From the NCBI GenBank assembly GCA_022828135.1, contig JAJEJB010000049.1, positions 6,504 to 70,503 of the forward strand: a stretch of 64,000 bases of DNA, given 5' to 3'. Below are positions 10,194 through 19,649 of this stretch, one piece after another. Numbering within the stretch: position 1 is the stretch's first letter; every line of letters begins with the position of its first letter. The notes below the pieces were generated by a model, which saw nothing but the letters and a program-made list of their open reading frames with translations, did no database searches and had not been told where the DNA came from. This DNA is from Acidimicrobiia bacterium (lineage in GTDB: Bacteria; Actinomycetota; Acidimicrobiia; Acidimicrobiales; Aldehydirespiratoraceae). A program made the translations under genes and the position numbers.

Positions 10194-11577
10194 AGCCCGC
10201 CGCCAGCTCTACCGCGTCGTCGGCCATGTTGGCCACGGTCTCCGCCGGTGTCGCGTCGCCGGCCAGCATGTCGTTGACGCGCTCGCCCACCTTGACCTGG
10301 AAGCCCTGATACCAGCTCAGCGCCCTTGCCGCCGGTGTCCCCGCCCTGTCGTACTCCGACGTGATCACGCCGAGGTCGTAGTAGTCGGGATAGGCGGCCT
10401 GGATGGCGGGATCCTCAAAGAAGGACGGGTACGGGACGGCCAGCGCGGCAGCCTCGACCCAGGTCAGCGGAACGGTGAAGTTCCCGTCGTTGTCGGCCCC
10501 CGTGTAGAACTTCAGCAGGTCCCAGGCGTCCTTCAGGGCGGTTCCTTCGAGGTCCGGGCCCATCTGAACGACCTCGCCGGCAAGGAGCGTCTGGCCCGCT
10601 CCGGGCATCGGGGCCATCCGCAGGTCCGCGGCTGCAGGCCCCCCGACGTCGTTGAAGATCTTCAACCAGTAGTCGTGGCCCGCATAGAACGCGAATGTTC
10701 CCTGCGTCATTCCGCCGATGAGTTCCGGATTGTCATCGGTGAGAATCGTCGGCGACGTCAACCCGTCCTGGTACATCGCCCGCCACCACTCCAAAACGTC
10801 GACACTCCTGGGATCGTCAGCGAAGACTGGCTGGGCAGCATCATCGAACGCGGTGATCCCCTCTCCTAGGAGAGTGGCCATGAGGTACTCCTCGATCCGC
10901 TCGTTGAGCCACGACGACTCGTACGGCGCATCCGAGATTCCGTCAGCCTTGATCTTGGCGCACTGGTCGTAGTACTCCTGAAGCGTCTGGGGCGGACCGG
11001 AGAATCCTGCCTGCTCGACCATCGCCGCGTTGTAGTGGTTCATGAACACGGCCGAGAAGTAGGGCAGGCTGGTGATCTGCCCGTCGGCGGTGACGAACCG
11101 CGACCGCGCCCCCGGGTAGAGCGCATCGATGCGCTCCTCCACGCCCGGCAAGTCGTTCAGCGTCCGGTTCCACCCGTTCTCGAGGAACTGGCCCAGCAGG
11201 TACGTGAAGTTGTAGAAGAGGTCGGGCCGGTCTCCGCCCCGGAACCTCGTCTGGATCGCGGCCGGGTAGCCCGTTACGGGCAGCACCTCGAGTTCAACCG
11301 TGCCGCCCGACACAGCCGACCAAGTGTCCAAGTGCGTTTGAATTGTGTCCGGCAGGAAATCCCAACCAACAAACCTCAGAGTTCGCCGGGTCGCCTCGGG
11401 ATCCTCCCCACTACACGCGGCTAGAAGCGCCGCGGCGGCGGGCAGCGACAGGCCTAGACCCATCGCCCCCTGAAGAAAGCCGCGTCGCCCGAAGCGCGCC
11501 CGATCTGACATCGATGTGAGATCCGCCCCTCTCACATCACCACTGCCAGAGTGTTGGGACTTCAATCTTTCGCGCAT
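10192..11577 (-). CDS. sugar ABC transporter substrate-binding lipoprotein with Tat-type signal
   Basis: RRGFLQGAMGLGLSLPAAAALLAACSG (twin-arginine plus lipobox). ATG at 11577 lies 7 nt after GGGGG; the track start at 11646 is probably too far upstream. Confidence 0.85.
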   Translation of the reverse strand: MRERLKSQHSGSGDVRGADLTSMSDRARFGRRGFLQGAMGLGLSLPAAAALLAACSGEDPEATRRTLRFVGWDFLPDTIQTHLDTWSAVSGGTVELEVLPVTGYPAAIQTRFRGGDRPDLFYNFTYLLGQFLENGWNRTLNDLPGVEERIDALYPGARSRFVTADGQITSLPYFSAVFMNHYNAAMVEQAGFSGPPQTLQEYYDQCAKIKADGISDAPYESSWLNERIEEYLMATLLGEGITAFDDAAQPVFADDPRSVDVLEWWRAMYQDGLTSPTILTDDNPELIGGMTQGTFAFYAGHDYWLKIFNDVGGPAAADLRMAPMPGAGQTLLAGEVVQMGPDLEGTALKDAWDLLKFYTGADNDGNFTVPLTWVEAAALAVPYPSFFEDPAIQAAYPDYYDLGVITSEYDRAGTPAARALSWYQGFQVKVGERVNDMLAGDATPAETVANMADDAVELAAG

Positions 11578-11712
11578 TTTCATACCCCCTAACGCGAAAT
11601 AGATAATCCGATTTGCATGGTATACAGCTGCTGAATGGAGTGCCAAAGCGAGAAGGCGCTCAAGGGGTTGCTCGCAGCGGTCCGGCTACAGGAGCGAGCG
11701 TAAGCTCGTCTG

Positions 11713-13251
11713 GTGCACTCTTTGAGTGTCGAGCTCGGCATCGACGTCCCGATGAGCGACGGGACGAGACTCGCCACCGACGTGATCCGGCCGGCCGGCG
11801 GCGGTCCGGTTCCCGCCGTCGTGGTGCGAACCCCCTACAACCGCAGCACTCCGGCGTCGCGCGGCTTGCAGATCGACGCGTTGGGGCTGGCCGAGGCGGG
11901 GTACGCCGTGGTGATCCAGGACGTGCGGGGCCGCTTCGCCTCCGGGGGCGACTTCGAGCCGTTCGTCAACGAGCAGGACGACGGAGTCGACACCGTCGAG
12001 TGGGTGGCCGAGCAGCCCTGGTGCAACGGGAGGGTGGGCATGGCCGGAATCAGCTACCTCGGCTTCTGCCAACTGGCGGCGGCTGTACGCCGCCCGGAGC
12101 CGTTGCAGGCGATTATGCCCGGACTCACGCCCTGCGATGTGCGCGACGGCTGGATCAGGGAGAACGGGGAGGCGAATCACGGGTTCAACCTCGCATGGAT
12201 CCTCGGCGTCCTGCTGCCGGTCGACCCCCGCATGGCCGACCCGGCTGGGGCGCTCGACGCCTGGGCGCGGCCCGGCGCCACCGCGGCTGGTGGCTCGGCG
12301 GTCAACCAACTCATCGCGGCCAGTCCCCTGGCCGGAGCCTGGCTGGAGTGGAACCGCCCGGATCCGTACGCCGAAGTTCCGTCCATCCCGATCCGTGACT
12401 CCATCGCGGGCGTGCCGATCCCGGCCCTGGTGGTGGCCGGCTGGTTCGACGTATTCCAGCCCTCGACGTTCGAACTCTCCGGAGCGCTCGCCAACTCTGT
12501 GCTGGTCGCCGGTCCATGGGGTCACAGCGGGCTGCCCCTGGCCCGGGACGCCGGAGCACGCGATCACGGCGGGACTGCTGCGTTCGACCTCAATGGCGCC
12601 CAGCGGGCGTTCCTTGACCGGCACCTGCGCGACGCCGACACCGCGGCAGCCAAGGCGGCGGTGTTCGTAACCGGCGCCAACCGTTGGGAGTCGCTCCCGG
12701 CGTGGCCTCCCCGGACTACCCGGTTGGCTCTCTTCCCCGGCGCGGGCGGACAGCTCCTCGAAGCCGCCGGGGAGGCAACCGTCGACGTGGGCCTGGACGC
12801 GGAGGATCCGACACCCTCGGTCGGGGGGCGGGTCTTTCCCTGGGCACCCGACCTTGTGCCCGGCCCCTTCGACCAGTCGGTACGGGATGCACGCGGCGAC
12901 GTGCTCACCTTCACGTCCGAGCCGTTGCCCACCGTCGTGACCGTGGCCGGACCGGTGACGCTCACGGTGGCGACGGACGCGGAGCGCCCTGAGGGCATGG
13001 TGTTCACGACGCTGAGCGACATGGGGCCCGACGCAGCGGTGTGGAACGTCGCCGACGGCGGCGCGGCCGTCACCGGGCTGAGCACTCGCGTCGACTTGGG
13101 CCACGCCGCCCACCAGTTCAGCGTCGGCCACCGTGTGCGCCTGACATTGTCGTTCGGGGCCTTCCCCCGGTACCGGTGGCAACCCGTCCGTGACCACCGC
13201 CAGATCAACCTCGGTTCAGGCACCCGGCTCGAAGTTGGGATCTGGCAATGA
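11713..13251 (+). CDS. CocE/NonD-family (S15 X-Pro dipeptidyl-peptidase-like) hydrolase
   Basis: VRTPYNR, DVRGRFASGGDF and the nucleophile motif GISYLG. Confidence 0.85.
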   Translation: MHSLSVELGIDVPMSDGTRLATDVIRPAGGGPVPAVVVRTPYNRSTPASRGLQIDALGLAEAGYAVVIQDVRGRFASGGDFEPFVNEQDDGVDTVEWVAEQPWCNGRVGMAGISYLGFCQLAAAVRRPEPLQAIMPGLTPCDVRDGWIRENGEANHGFNLAWILGVLLPVDPRMADPAGALDAWARPGATAAGGSAVNQLIAASPLAGAWLEWNRPDPYAEVPSIPIRDSIAGVPIPALVVAGWFDVFQPSTFELSGALANSVLVAGPWGHSGLPLARDAGARDHGGTAAFDLNGAQRAFLDRHLRDADTAAAKAAVFVTGANRWESLPAWPPRTTRLALFPGAGGQLLEAAGEATVDVGLDAEDPTPSVGGRVFPWAPDLVPGPFDQSVRDARGDVLTFTSEPLPTVVTVAGPVTLTVATDAERPEGMVFTTLSDMGPDAAVWNVADGGAAVTGLSTRVDLGHAAHQFSVGHRVRLTLSFGAFPRYRWQPVRDHRQINLGSGTRLEVGIWQ

Positions 13252-14372
13252 GGATCGACCGCATCGAGGTCCGGCACGTCACGATGCCGCTGCTGTACCC
13301 GTGGCGAACGGCGTCACACGAGATCTCAGCAATCGACAGCCTGCTGGTGAGGGTCACCAGTGGAGACCTCGAAGCGTGGGCCGAATCGTGTCCCTTCGGG
13401 ACGCCCGACTACAGCCCCGAGTACGCCGCGGGCGCCCTCGCGGTGCTTCGCGACTGGCTCGCGCCTGCCGTCGTCGGCGCCGGGATCGATTCCGGCGAAC
13501 TGCTCCAGCAGCGGCTCTCCCACTTCAAGGGCAACTACTTCGCCAAGGCAGCACTCGATGCGGCTTGGTGGGTGCTCGAAGCACGCCGTGTCGGCAAGCC
13601 CCTGCACACTCTCCTCGGCGGCCGGCGCAATCGGGTGGAGGTCGGAGCCGACTTCGGTGTCATGGACTCGCTCGACGATCTCGTGGCCGCGGTGGATGAT
13701 GCCGTCCGCGCCGGCTACCGGCGCGTGAAGCTCAAGTTCCGGCCGGGCTGGGACATCAACATGCTGGAGGCGGTGCGCTCCACCTTTCCCGACCTCACCG
13801 CCCACATCGACTGCAACGCGGCCTTTCGGCTGTCCGATCTGGATCTCTTCCGTGCGGTCGATCGATTCGGACTCGCCATGATCGAGCAGCCGTTGCAGCA
13901 CGACGACCTTCTGGATCATGCGAAGCTGCAGGAGCAGATCGACACTCCGATCTGCCTCGACGAGAGCATCGTCTCGGTCAAGAGCGCCGAGCATGCCGTC
14001 GAACTGGGAAGCTGCCGGTTTGTCAACGTGAAGCCGGGCCGCGTCGGCGGGCTGACGGTGGCGAAGTCGATCCACGACCTGTGCCGAGACTCCGGCATCG
14101 GATGCTGGGTTGGCGGCATGCTGGAGAGCGGCGTCGGCGCGGCCGTCTGCCTCGCACTCGCGACGCTCGAGAACTTCACCTATCCGGCCGACATCTTTCC
14201 TTCGTCGCGCTTCTATGCCGAGGACCTCGCCGACCCAGCCGTGTCCTTCGAGACATCCAGCGACGGCGGGTGTTACGCCGTCGCCGGGAACGAGGCCGGC
14301 ATCGCGCCGACGCCCAGACCCGACCTCCTGGAGCGCCTCACAGCAGACCGGTTCGTGATCGAGGCGCCGTGA
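13248..14372 (+). CDS. enolase-superfamily o-succinylbenzoate synthase / N-acylamino-acid racemase family protein
   Basis: KLKF (KxK), IDCNAA, IEQPL, LDES and NVKPGRVGG motifs. ATGA overlap with the upstream hydrolase. Confidence 0.85.
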   Translation: MRIDRIEVRHVTMPLLYPWRTASHEISAIDSLLVRVTSGDLEAWAESCPFGTPDYSPEYAAGALAVLRDWLAPAVVGAGIDSGELLQQRLSHFKGNYFAKAALDAAWWVLEARRVGKPLHTLLGGRRNRVEVGADFGVMDSLDDLVAAVDDAVRAGYRRVKLKFRPGWDINMLEAVRSTFPDLTAHIDCNAAFRLSDLDLFRAVDRFGLAMIEQPLQHDDLLDHAKLQEQIDTPICLDESIVSVKSAEHAVELGSCRFVNVKPGRVGGLTVAKSIHDLCRDSGIGCWVGGMLESGVGAAVCLALATLENFTYPADIFPSSRFYAEDLADPAVSFETSSDGGCYAVAGNEAGIAPTPRPDLLERLTADRFVIEAP

Positions 14373-14403
14373 TGCGGCCGGACGTCCCCGCGCCCGCCGG
14401 ACC

Positions 14404-15153
14404 TCAGACCAGCCTCGGCGGGACGGCGAGCTGATCGATCGCTTCCTTCGCCATGCCGATGTGAGCCTTGCCGTCATGGAGGGCGATCGCCCCGTGGCCC
14501 GGGAGGAGCGAATCGAACTCGAGTTCCGCCAGTGCCAGCACGGTCGCGAGCGAGGCCTGAAGGTCGCAGTCCGGAATCGCCTGCAAGTGCAGCTTCCCCC
14601 ACGCGAAGATGGCATCGCCGGCAAAGAGGTACGTCTGCTCGCCGCCTTCGACGAGGTACGAGCCGTGCCCGCCGCAGTGGCCCGGCGTGTCGAGGTAGGT
14701 GAGGGTCAGCCGGCCCACCGACCGCTGGGTGCCGTCGGGCAGCAGATCATCGACGGGGCAGGCCTCGTACGAGTAGTCCTCGGGGAAGACCCCGGCGGCC
14801 TGAGCCCGGCAGAAGGACGTGGCCTCGTGGTCACCCGCCTCGAGCGCTCGACCGGTGGCCGTGCCGGTCGCCACGGACAGTCCGAGGTGCTCGCGGTAGA
14901 CCGATGCGCCCCCTGCGTGGTCGGTGTGGTAATGGGTCAGGAACAGCGTCGTGATCGCGGCCGGGTCGTAGCCGGCGCGCCGGATGTTGCCGGTGACTCG
15001 CCGGAACCCGGTCTCGGTACCCATCCCGCATTCGACGAGAATCTGCTCGTCACCGCCGTCGACCAGATAGCAGTGCGCGTCGAAGTCCGACGAGACGCCG
15101 AAGCCGCTGAGAGTGCCGCCCCCCACCAGATGAACGTCGGATGTAAGTCTCAC
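14404..15153 (-). CDS. MBL-fold metallo-hydrolase
   Basis: HYHTDHAGG (HxHxDH) motif. Confidence 0.8.
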   Translation of the reverse strand: MRLTSDVHLVGGGTLSGFGVSSDFDAHCYLVDGGDEQILVECGMGTETGFRRVTGNIRRAGYDPAAITTLFLTHYHTDHAGGASVYREHLGLSVATGTATGRALEAGDHEATSFCRAQAAGVFPEDYSYEACPVDDLLPDGTQRSVGRLTLTYLDTPGHCGGHGSYLVEGGEQTYLFAGDAIFAWGKLHLQAIPDCDLQASLATVLALAELEFDSLLPGHGAIALHDGKAHIGMAKEAIDQLAVPPRLV

Positions 15154-15169
15154 GGCCCTCTCCTTACGG

Positions 15170-15958
15170 CTAGCTCTCGGGTACGTCGTAGGTCTGGGCG
15201 CTCAGGGCGCCGTCCACCATGAGGTTGATGCCGGACACGTAGCCGGCTTCGTCGGAGGCGAGGTACAGGAAGGCGTTTGCGATGTCATCGACCGACGTCA
15301 GCCGGTTGGCGGGCACCGCCGGGAAACCCTCAGCGCGCCACCTGTCCATCAACTCCTCGCCCACAATGTCAACCGACTGCTGGGTGTCGCCGGGGCCCGG
15401 CGAGACGCAGTTGCACCGGATGTTGTACGGGGCGCACTCCACCGCGATGGCCTTCGTGAGCGCCACCACGCCGGCCTTGGCCACACAGTAGGGCGTGCAT
15501 CCCCGTCCGTGCCCGACGGCGGCGATCGATGCCGTGAACAGGATCACGCCACCACCGGTCTCCTTCATCGCGCGGGCCGCCCGGTTGCCCAGCACGAAGT
15601 AGGCGTCGAGGTTGACCGCCAGGATCCGACGCCAGGTCGTGTCGCTCACATCAACGAACTCGGTGAGATCCCAGGCGGCCGCGTTGGACACCATGACGTC
15701 GAGCTTGGGATTGATGGCTAGAGCGTGCGCCACCGCCTCGGCGCAATTCTCCATGACGCTGAGATCGAAGTTGAGCAGGTGCGGTGTGGCCCCCAACTCC
15801 TCGATCACCGGCGCGACCGCGTCCAACCGCTCCTGCCTGTAGTCGAGCAGGTACAGGTTCTCCGCGCCCTCGGCTGCGAACAGCTCGGCGGTGCGGCGCC
15901 CGAAGCCGCTGCCGGCCCCGGTCACGAAGACGTTGCGTCCCTCGAATCTCCTGCTCAT
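15170..15958 (-). CDS. SDR-family oxidoreductase (close paralog of 4634-5425)
   Basis: Same motifs and almost colinear sequence with the 4634-5425 product. Confidence 0.85.
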   Translation of the reverse strand: MSRRFEGRNVFVTGAGSGFGRRTAELFAAEGAENLYLLDYRQERLDAVAPVIEELGATPHLLNFDLSVMENCAEAVAHALAINPKLDVMVSNAAAWDLTEFVDVSDTTWRRILAVNLDAYFVLGNRAARAMKETGGGVILFTASIAAVGHGRGCTPYCVAKAGVVALTKAIAVECAPYNIRCNCVSPGPGDTQQSVDIVGEELMDRWRAEGFPAVPANRLTSVDDIANAFLYLASDEAGYVSGINLMVDGALSAQTYDVPES

Positions 15959-15974
15959 TGTCGTTCCTCTGTCC

Positions 15975-16730
15975 CTAGTGGGCGGTCCAGCCTCCGTCCA
16001 CCGTCAGCACCGAGCCGGTCACGTACGACGACGCGTCGGAGGCCAGGTAGATGACCGCTCCCGCGATCTCGGGCAGCTCGCCCCAGCGTTGCAGGGCCAC
16101 CTCCTGGCCGATCACCCGGATGCTGTGCTCGCTGTGCTGATGGGCCCGGTTCATGTCGGTCAGGAACGGGCCCGGAGCGATGGCGTTCACGTTCACGCCC
16201 CGCGGTGCCCACTCCATGGCCAGGGCTCTTGTCAGCTGGACGACGGCGCCCTTGGAAGACGTGTAGGCCGTGCGGTCGGGTGCGGCCACCAGCCCGAACG
16301 TGGACGCCACGTTGACGACCCGGCCGCAGCCGGATTCCCAGAGATGCGGGGCGGCCGCCCGGCAGACCAGCCACGGACCGGTGACGTTGACCGCCAGCGA
16401 CTCCTCGAACTGGGCCGGCGCGACGTCGCCGATGGCTCCCCGCACGAGAATGCCGGCGTTGTTGACCAGGATGTCGAGGCCGCCGAAGCGCTCGACGACT
16501 CCGGCCACCGCGGCCTCGACGGAGTCTGCGTCGGTGGCCTCCATTTCGACACCCAGCGCTGCGCCACCGGTGACTGCGGCGATCTCGGCCGCCTCGGTCT
16601 CCGCGTCACCGAGGCTGCGGCTGGTCACGGCCACCCGCGCCCCGGCGAAGCTCAACGCCTCGGCCATCACCGCGCCGAGCCCCCTCGAGCCGCCTGTGAC
16701 CAGGGCGGCACGTCCGTCGAGGCGGAACAG
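15975..16730 (-). CDS. SDR-family oxidoreductase; true start uncertain
   Basis: NNAG and YxxxK (YTSSKGA) motifs. The Rossmann motif LVTGGSRGLG is encoded in frame upstream of the first canonical start (GTG 16670). The only start-like codon before it is CTG at 16730. Confidence 0.65.
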   Translation of the reverse strand: MFRLDGRAALVTGGSRGLGAVMAEALSFAGARVAVTSRSLGDAETEAAEIAAVTGGAALGVEMEATDADSVEAAVAGVVERFGGLDILVNNAGILVRGAIGDVAPAQFEESLAVNVTGPWLVCRAAAPHLWESGCGRVVNVASTFGLVAAPDRTAYTSSKGAVVQLTRALAMEWAPRGVNVNAIAPGPFLTDMNRAHQHSEHSIRVIGQEVALQRWGELPEIAGAVIYLASDASSYVTGSVLTVDGGWTAH

Positions 16731-16814
16731 GTCGAGCGGGTTGGGCGCTTGGGGCCTCCTAGCGGCTGGCGGCGGGAAGCGGTCGGGCCGCCGCGGCGCG
16801 GCTGCCGGGCGGGG

Positions 16815-17351
16815 TCAGGTGGCGTGGGCCTCCTCGTACGAGGGTCCGCCGGATTCCTCGACCCAGTAGCGCCGGGCCCAGCCGACACCCTTCCAGGTCT
16901 TGACCTTGGTGGGTACCAGCTTCACCAGCCAGCGCGGCTGCTGGAGAGTGGAGACCAGGTAGGTGGGCCCGTTAGGACCGAGGTACCGGTACGACATCTG
17001 CTCGGCGACCTGCACCCAGCGGCCCCCGATGTTGGGCTCCTCCTCGATGGTGGCTGTGCCCTCCATGTAGACCTTGGGGATCTCCATAGCCTGTCCGGAC
17101 TCGTCGGGGTCGCTGTGGGGGGCGTCGATGACCACGCTGACCCGGCCGTCGGCCTTGATGTACTCGCACCACAGGGCCCGCTGGCGGCCGACGAAGTACA
17201 GCGCCTCTCCGTCCCACTGGTACCACACCGGCATCACGTAGGGCGACCCGTCGGGCTTGAGGGTGGCCAGGCGGGCGACGGGGTTGCCCGCCAGGAACTG
17301 CTCCATCTCCTCGGCCGTCAAGCCGCCCAGATCGCCTCGGAAACTGCTCAT
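16815..17351 (-). CDS. pyridoxamine 5'-phosphate oxidase (PPOX)-like split-barrel flavoprotein
   Basis: ARLATLKPDGSPYVMPVWYQWDG is typical of PPOX/F420-dependent family members. Confidence 0.7.
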   Translation of the reverse strand: MSSFRGDLGGLTAEEMEQFLAGNPVARLATLKPDGSPYVMPVWYQWDGEALYFVGRQRALWCEYIKADGRVSVVIDAPHSDPDESGQAMEIPKVYMEGTATIEEEPNIGGRWVQVAEQMSYRYLGPNGPTYLVSTLQQPRWLVKLVPTKVKTWKGVGWARRYWVEESGGPSYEEAHAT

Positions 17352-17403
17352 AGTCGACCGCTCCTTTTCTCACTGGTCGAGGCGAGACAGTACCATCGCC
17401 CCG

Positions 17404-18483
17404 ATGGGACCCACCAAGCCGGTCGACGATGTAGCGCAGGCCAACGACACCAACGGCGCGGGCCCCGATGCGGCTCTCTCGGTGCGCGATCTGGTCAAGA
17501 CCTTCGAGGTGGGCGGCGGCTGGCTGGGCGGCGAGAAGGGCGAGGTGTCGGCGGTGGCCGGCGTGTCCTTCGACATCGGGTTCGGGCGCACGCTGGGACT
17601 GGTGGGGGAGTCGGGCTGCGGTAAGTCCACCACCGCCCGGTGCATCCTTCGCCTGATCGAGCCGACGTCGGGTGACGTGGTCCTGCAGCGCCCGATCGAC
17701 GACGGCACGACCGAGAGGATCGACATCATCGCCAGCAGCCGGGCCGACCTGCGCCGGCTGCGCCGCGACATGCAGATCGTGTTCCAGGATCCCTTCGCCT
17801 CGCTGAACCCCCGCATGACGGTGGGCCAGGCCCTGCGGGAGCCGCTCAAGGTGCACACCTCGATGCCCCGGACGGAGCAGGACACCAGGGTGGGCGAGCT
17901 GCTGCGGCTGGTCGGCCTCAATCCCCGCATCATCGACCGCTACCCCCACGAGTTCTCCGGCGGGCAGCGCCAGCGCATCGGCGTGGCCCGGGCCCTGGCC
18001 TTCGATCCCGGCTTCCTGGTGCTCGACGAGCCGGTGTCCGCGCTCGACGTGTCGATCCAGGCCCAGGTCCTGAACCTCCTCGACGAGCTCCAGGAGGAAC
18101 TGGGCCTCACTTACCTGTTCATCGCCCACGATCTGGCGGTGGTGCGCCATGTGTGCGACGACATCGCAGTGATGTACCTGGGCAAGATCGTGGAGCGCAC
18201 CTCGGCGGAGCGGCTGTTCGCGGAGTCGATGCACCCTTACACCCATGCCCTGCTGTCGGCCGTTCCGGTGCCTGATCCGGACCTGGAGCGGGGAAGGCTG
18301 CGCATCCTGCTCGAGGGGGATGTTCCCAGCCCGCTGAACCCCCCGCCCGGATGCCGCTTCCACACCCGTTGCCATGTGGGGCGCGACCAGGAGGTGTGCC
18401 GGGTCCAGGAGCCGCCTCTCGAAGAGGTGACCGGCGGCCACTGGGTGGCCTGCCACTTCCCCGAGGCCCGCCAGGTCGTGTAG
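17404..18483 (+). CDS. peptide ABC transporter ATP-binding protein (DppF/OppF-like), orphan
   Basis: Walker A GESGCGKST, signature FSGGQRQR, Walker B LVLDEP, and a C-terminal oligopeptide-type extension. ATG at 17404. Confidence 0.85.
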   Translation: MGPTKPVDDVAQANDTNGAGPDAALSVRDLVKTFEVGGGWLGGEKGEVSAVAGVSFDIGFGRTLGLVGESGCGKSTTARCILRLIEPTSGDVVLQRPIDDGTTERIDIIASSRADLRRLRRDMQIVFQDPFASLNPRMTVGQALREPLKVHTSMPRTEQDTRVGELLRLVGLNPRIIDRYPHEFSGGQRQRIGVARALAFDPGFLVLDEPVSALDVSIQAQVLNLLDELQEELGLTYLFIAHDLAVVRHVCDDIAVMYLGKIVERTSAERLFAESMHPYTHALLSAVPVPDPDLERGRLRILLEGDVPSPLNPPPGCRFHTRCHVGRDQEVCRVQEPPLEEVTGGHWVACHFPEARQVV

Positions 18484-18497
18484 AGGTCGTATAGAGA

Positions 18498-19649
18498 ATG
18501 AGACCGTCGCAGCCCATCGCGGGGATGCCGCGCTCGGGCATACGCGAGGTCATGGAACTGGCCAACTCGATCGACGGCGCCATCCGTCTGGAGACGGGCG
18601 AGCCCAACTTCAACACCCCTCGCCATGTCTGCGAGGCCGCGTCCGAGGCCGCGTTCGACGGTTTCACCAAGTACACCTCCAACGCCGGGATCCCCCCGCT
18701 GCGCGAGGCGCTGGCGGCCAAGGTCACCGAGCGCAACGGCATCGATGCCACCGCCGATCAGGTGGTGGTCACCTCCGGTGCTGTGGCCGGGATCTACAGC
18801 GCCATGGTCTCGCTGGTGGACCCTGGCGCGGAGATGCTGCTGGGCGATCCGAGCTGGCCCAACTACGCCCAGATGATGACGCTTCTGAAGATAACGCCGG
18901 TCCATTTCCCGCTGCGGCCCGAGGCCGGTCTGGTCCCCCAGGCCGCCGACGTCGAGCCGCTGATCACGGAGCGCACGCAGGCCATCCTGCTCAACTCTCC
19001 GGGGAACCCGACCGGCGCGGTCACCGATGCCGCCGCCCTGGCCGAGCTGATGGAACTGGCCCGCCGGCATGATCTGCTGGTCTTCTCCGACGAGGTCTAC
19101 GACGAGATCTCCTTCGACGGGCCGTACACACCGGCCGCGCCGCTCGACACCGACGGCCGGGTGATCACCTTCTTCAGCTTCTCCAAGACCTACGCCATGA
19201 CCGGGTGGCGGGTGGGCTACCTGGTGGTGCCGCCCGGCGTGTCGCCGCTGATCGTGCGGGCCCAGGAGCCGATCACGTCGTGCGTCAACGCCCCCGCGCA
19301 GATGGGCGCCCTGGCCGCGGTGACCGGTCCGCAGGATTGCGTGGCCGAGATGCGAGACGCCTACCGGCACCGTCGCGACCTGGTCACGGAGTTCCTGACC
19401 GGCCGGGGCATTCCGCATGTGAGGCCGCGGGGCGCCTTCTACCTGATGATCGACGTGAGCGGCAGTGGCTGCTCGGGCAAGGACTTTGTGCTCCGACTGC
19501 TGAAGGAGAAGCGGGTGGCGGTGGTTCCCGGCGACACCTTCGGCCCCGGCTCCGGCCGGTTCGTGCGCATCTCGCTGGCGACGGCCACCGACCTCCTGAT
19601 GGAGGGAGTCGAGCGCCTGGCCGATGCCGTCGAGGAGTGGGGCGACTAG
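18498..19649 (+). CDS. class I/II PLP-dependent aminotransferase
   Basis: NSPGNPTG and SFSKTYAMTGWRVGY (PLP lysine) motifs. Confidence 0.85.
   Translation: MRPSQPIAGMPRSGIREVMELANSIDGAIRLETGEPNFNTPRHVCEAASEAAFDGFTKYTSNAGIPPLREALAAKVTERNGIDATADQVVVTSGAVAGIYSAMVSLVDPGAEMLLGDPSWPNYAQMMTLLKITPVHFPLRPEAGLVPQAADVEPLITERTQAILLNSPGNPTGAVTDAAALAELMELARRHDLLVFSDEVYDEISFDGPYTPAAPLDTDGRVITFFSFSKTYAMTGWRVGYLVVPPGVSPLIVRAQEPITSCVNAPAQMGALAAVTGPQDCVAEMRDAYRHRRDLVTEFLTGRGIPHVRPRGAFYLMIDVSGSGCSGKDFVLRLLKEKRVAVVPGDTFGPGSGRFVRISLATATDLLMEGVERLADAVEEWGD

Noticed and set aside
19646-19649. Convergent genes sharing the palindromic CTAG as overlapping stop codons (aminotransferase TAG, large protein TAG).
   Set aside because: The overlap is real, but it is a trivial consequence of tight packing with no functional implication I can support.
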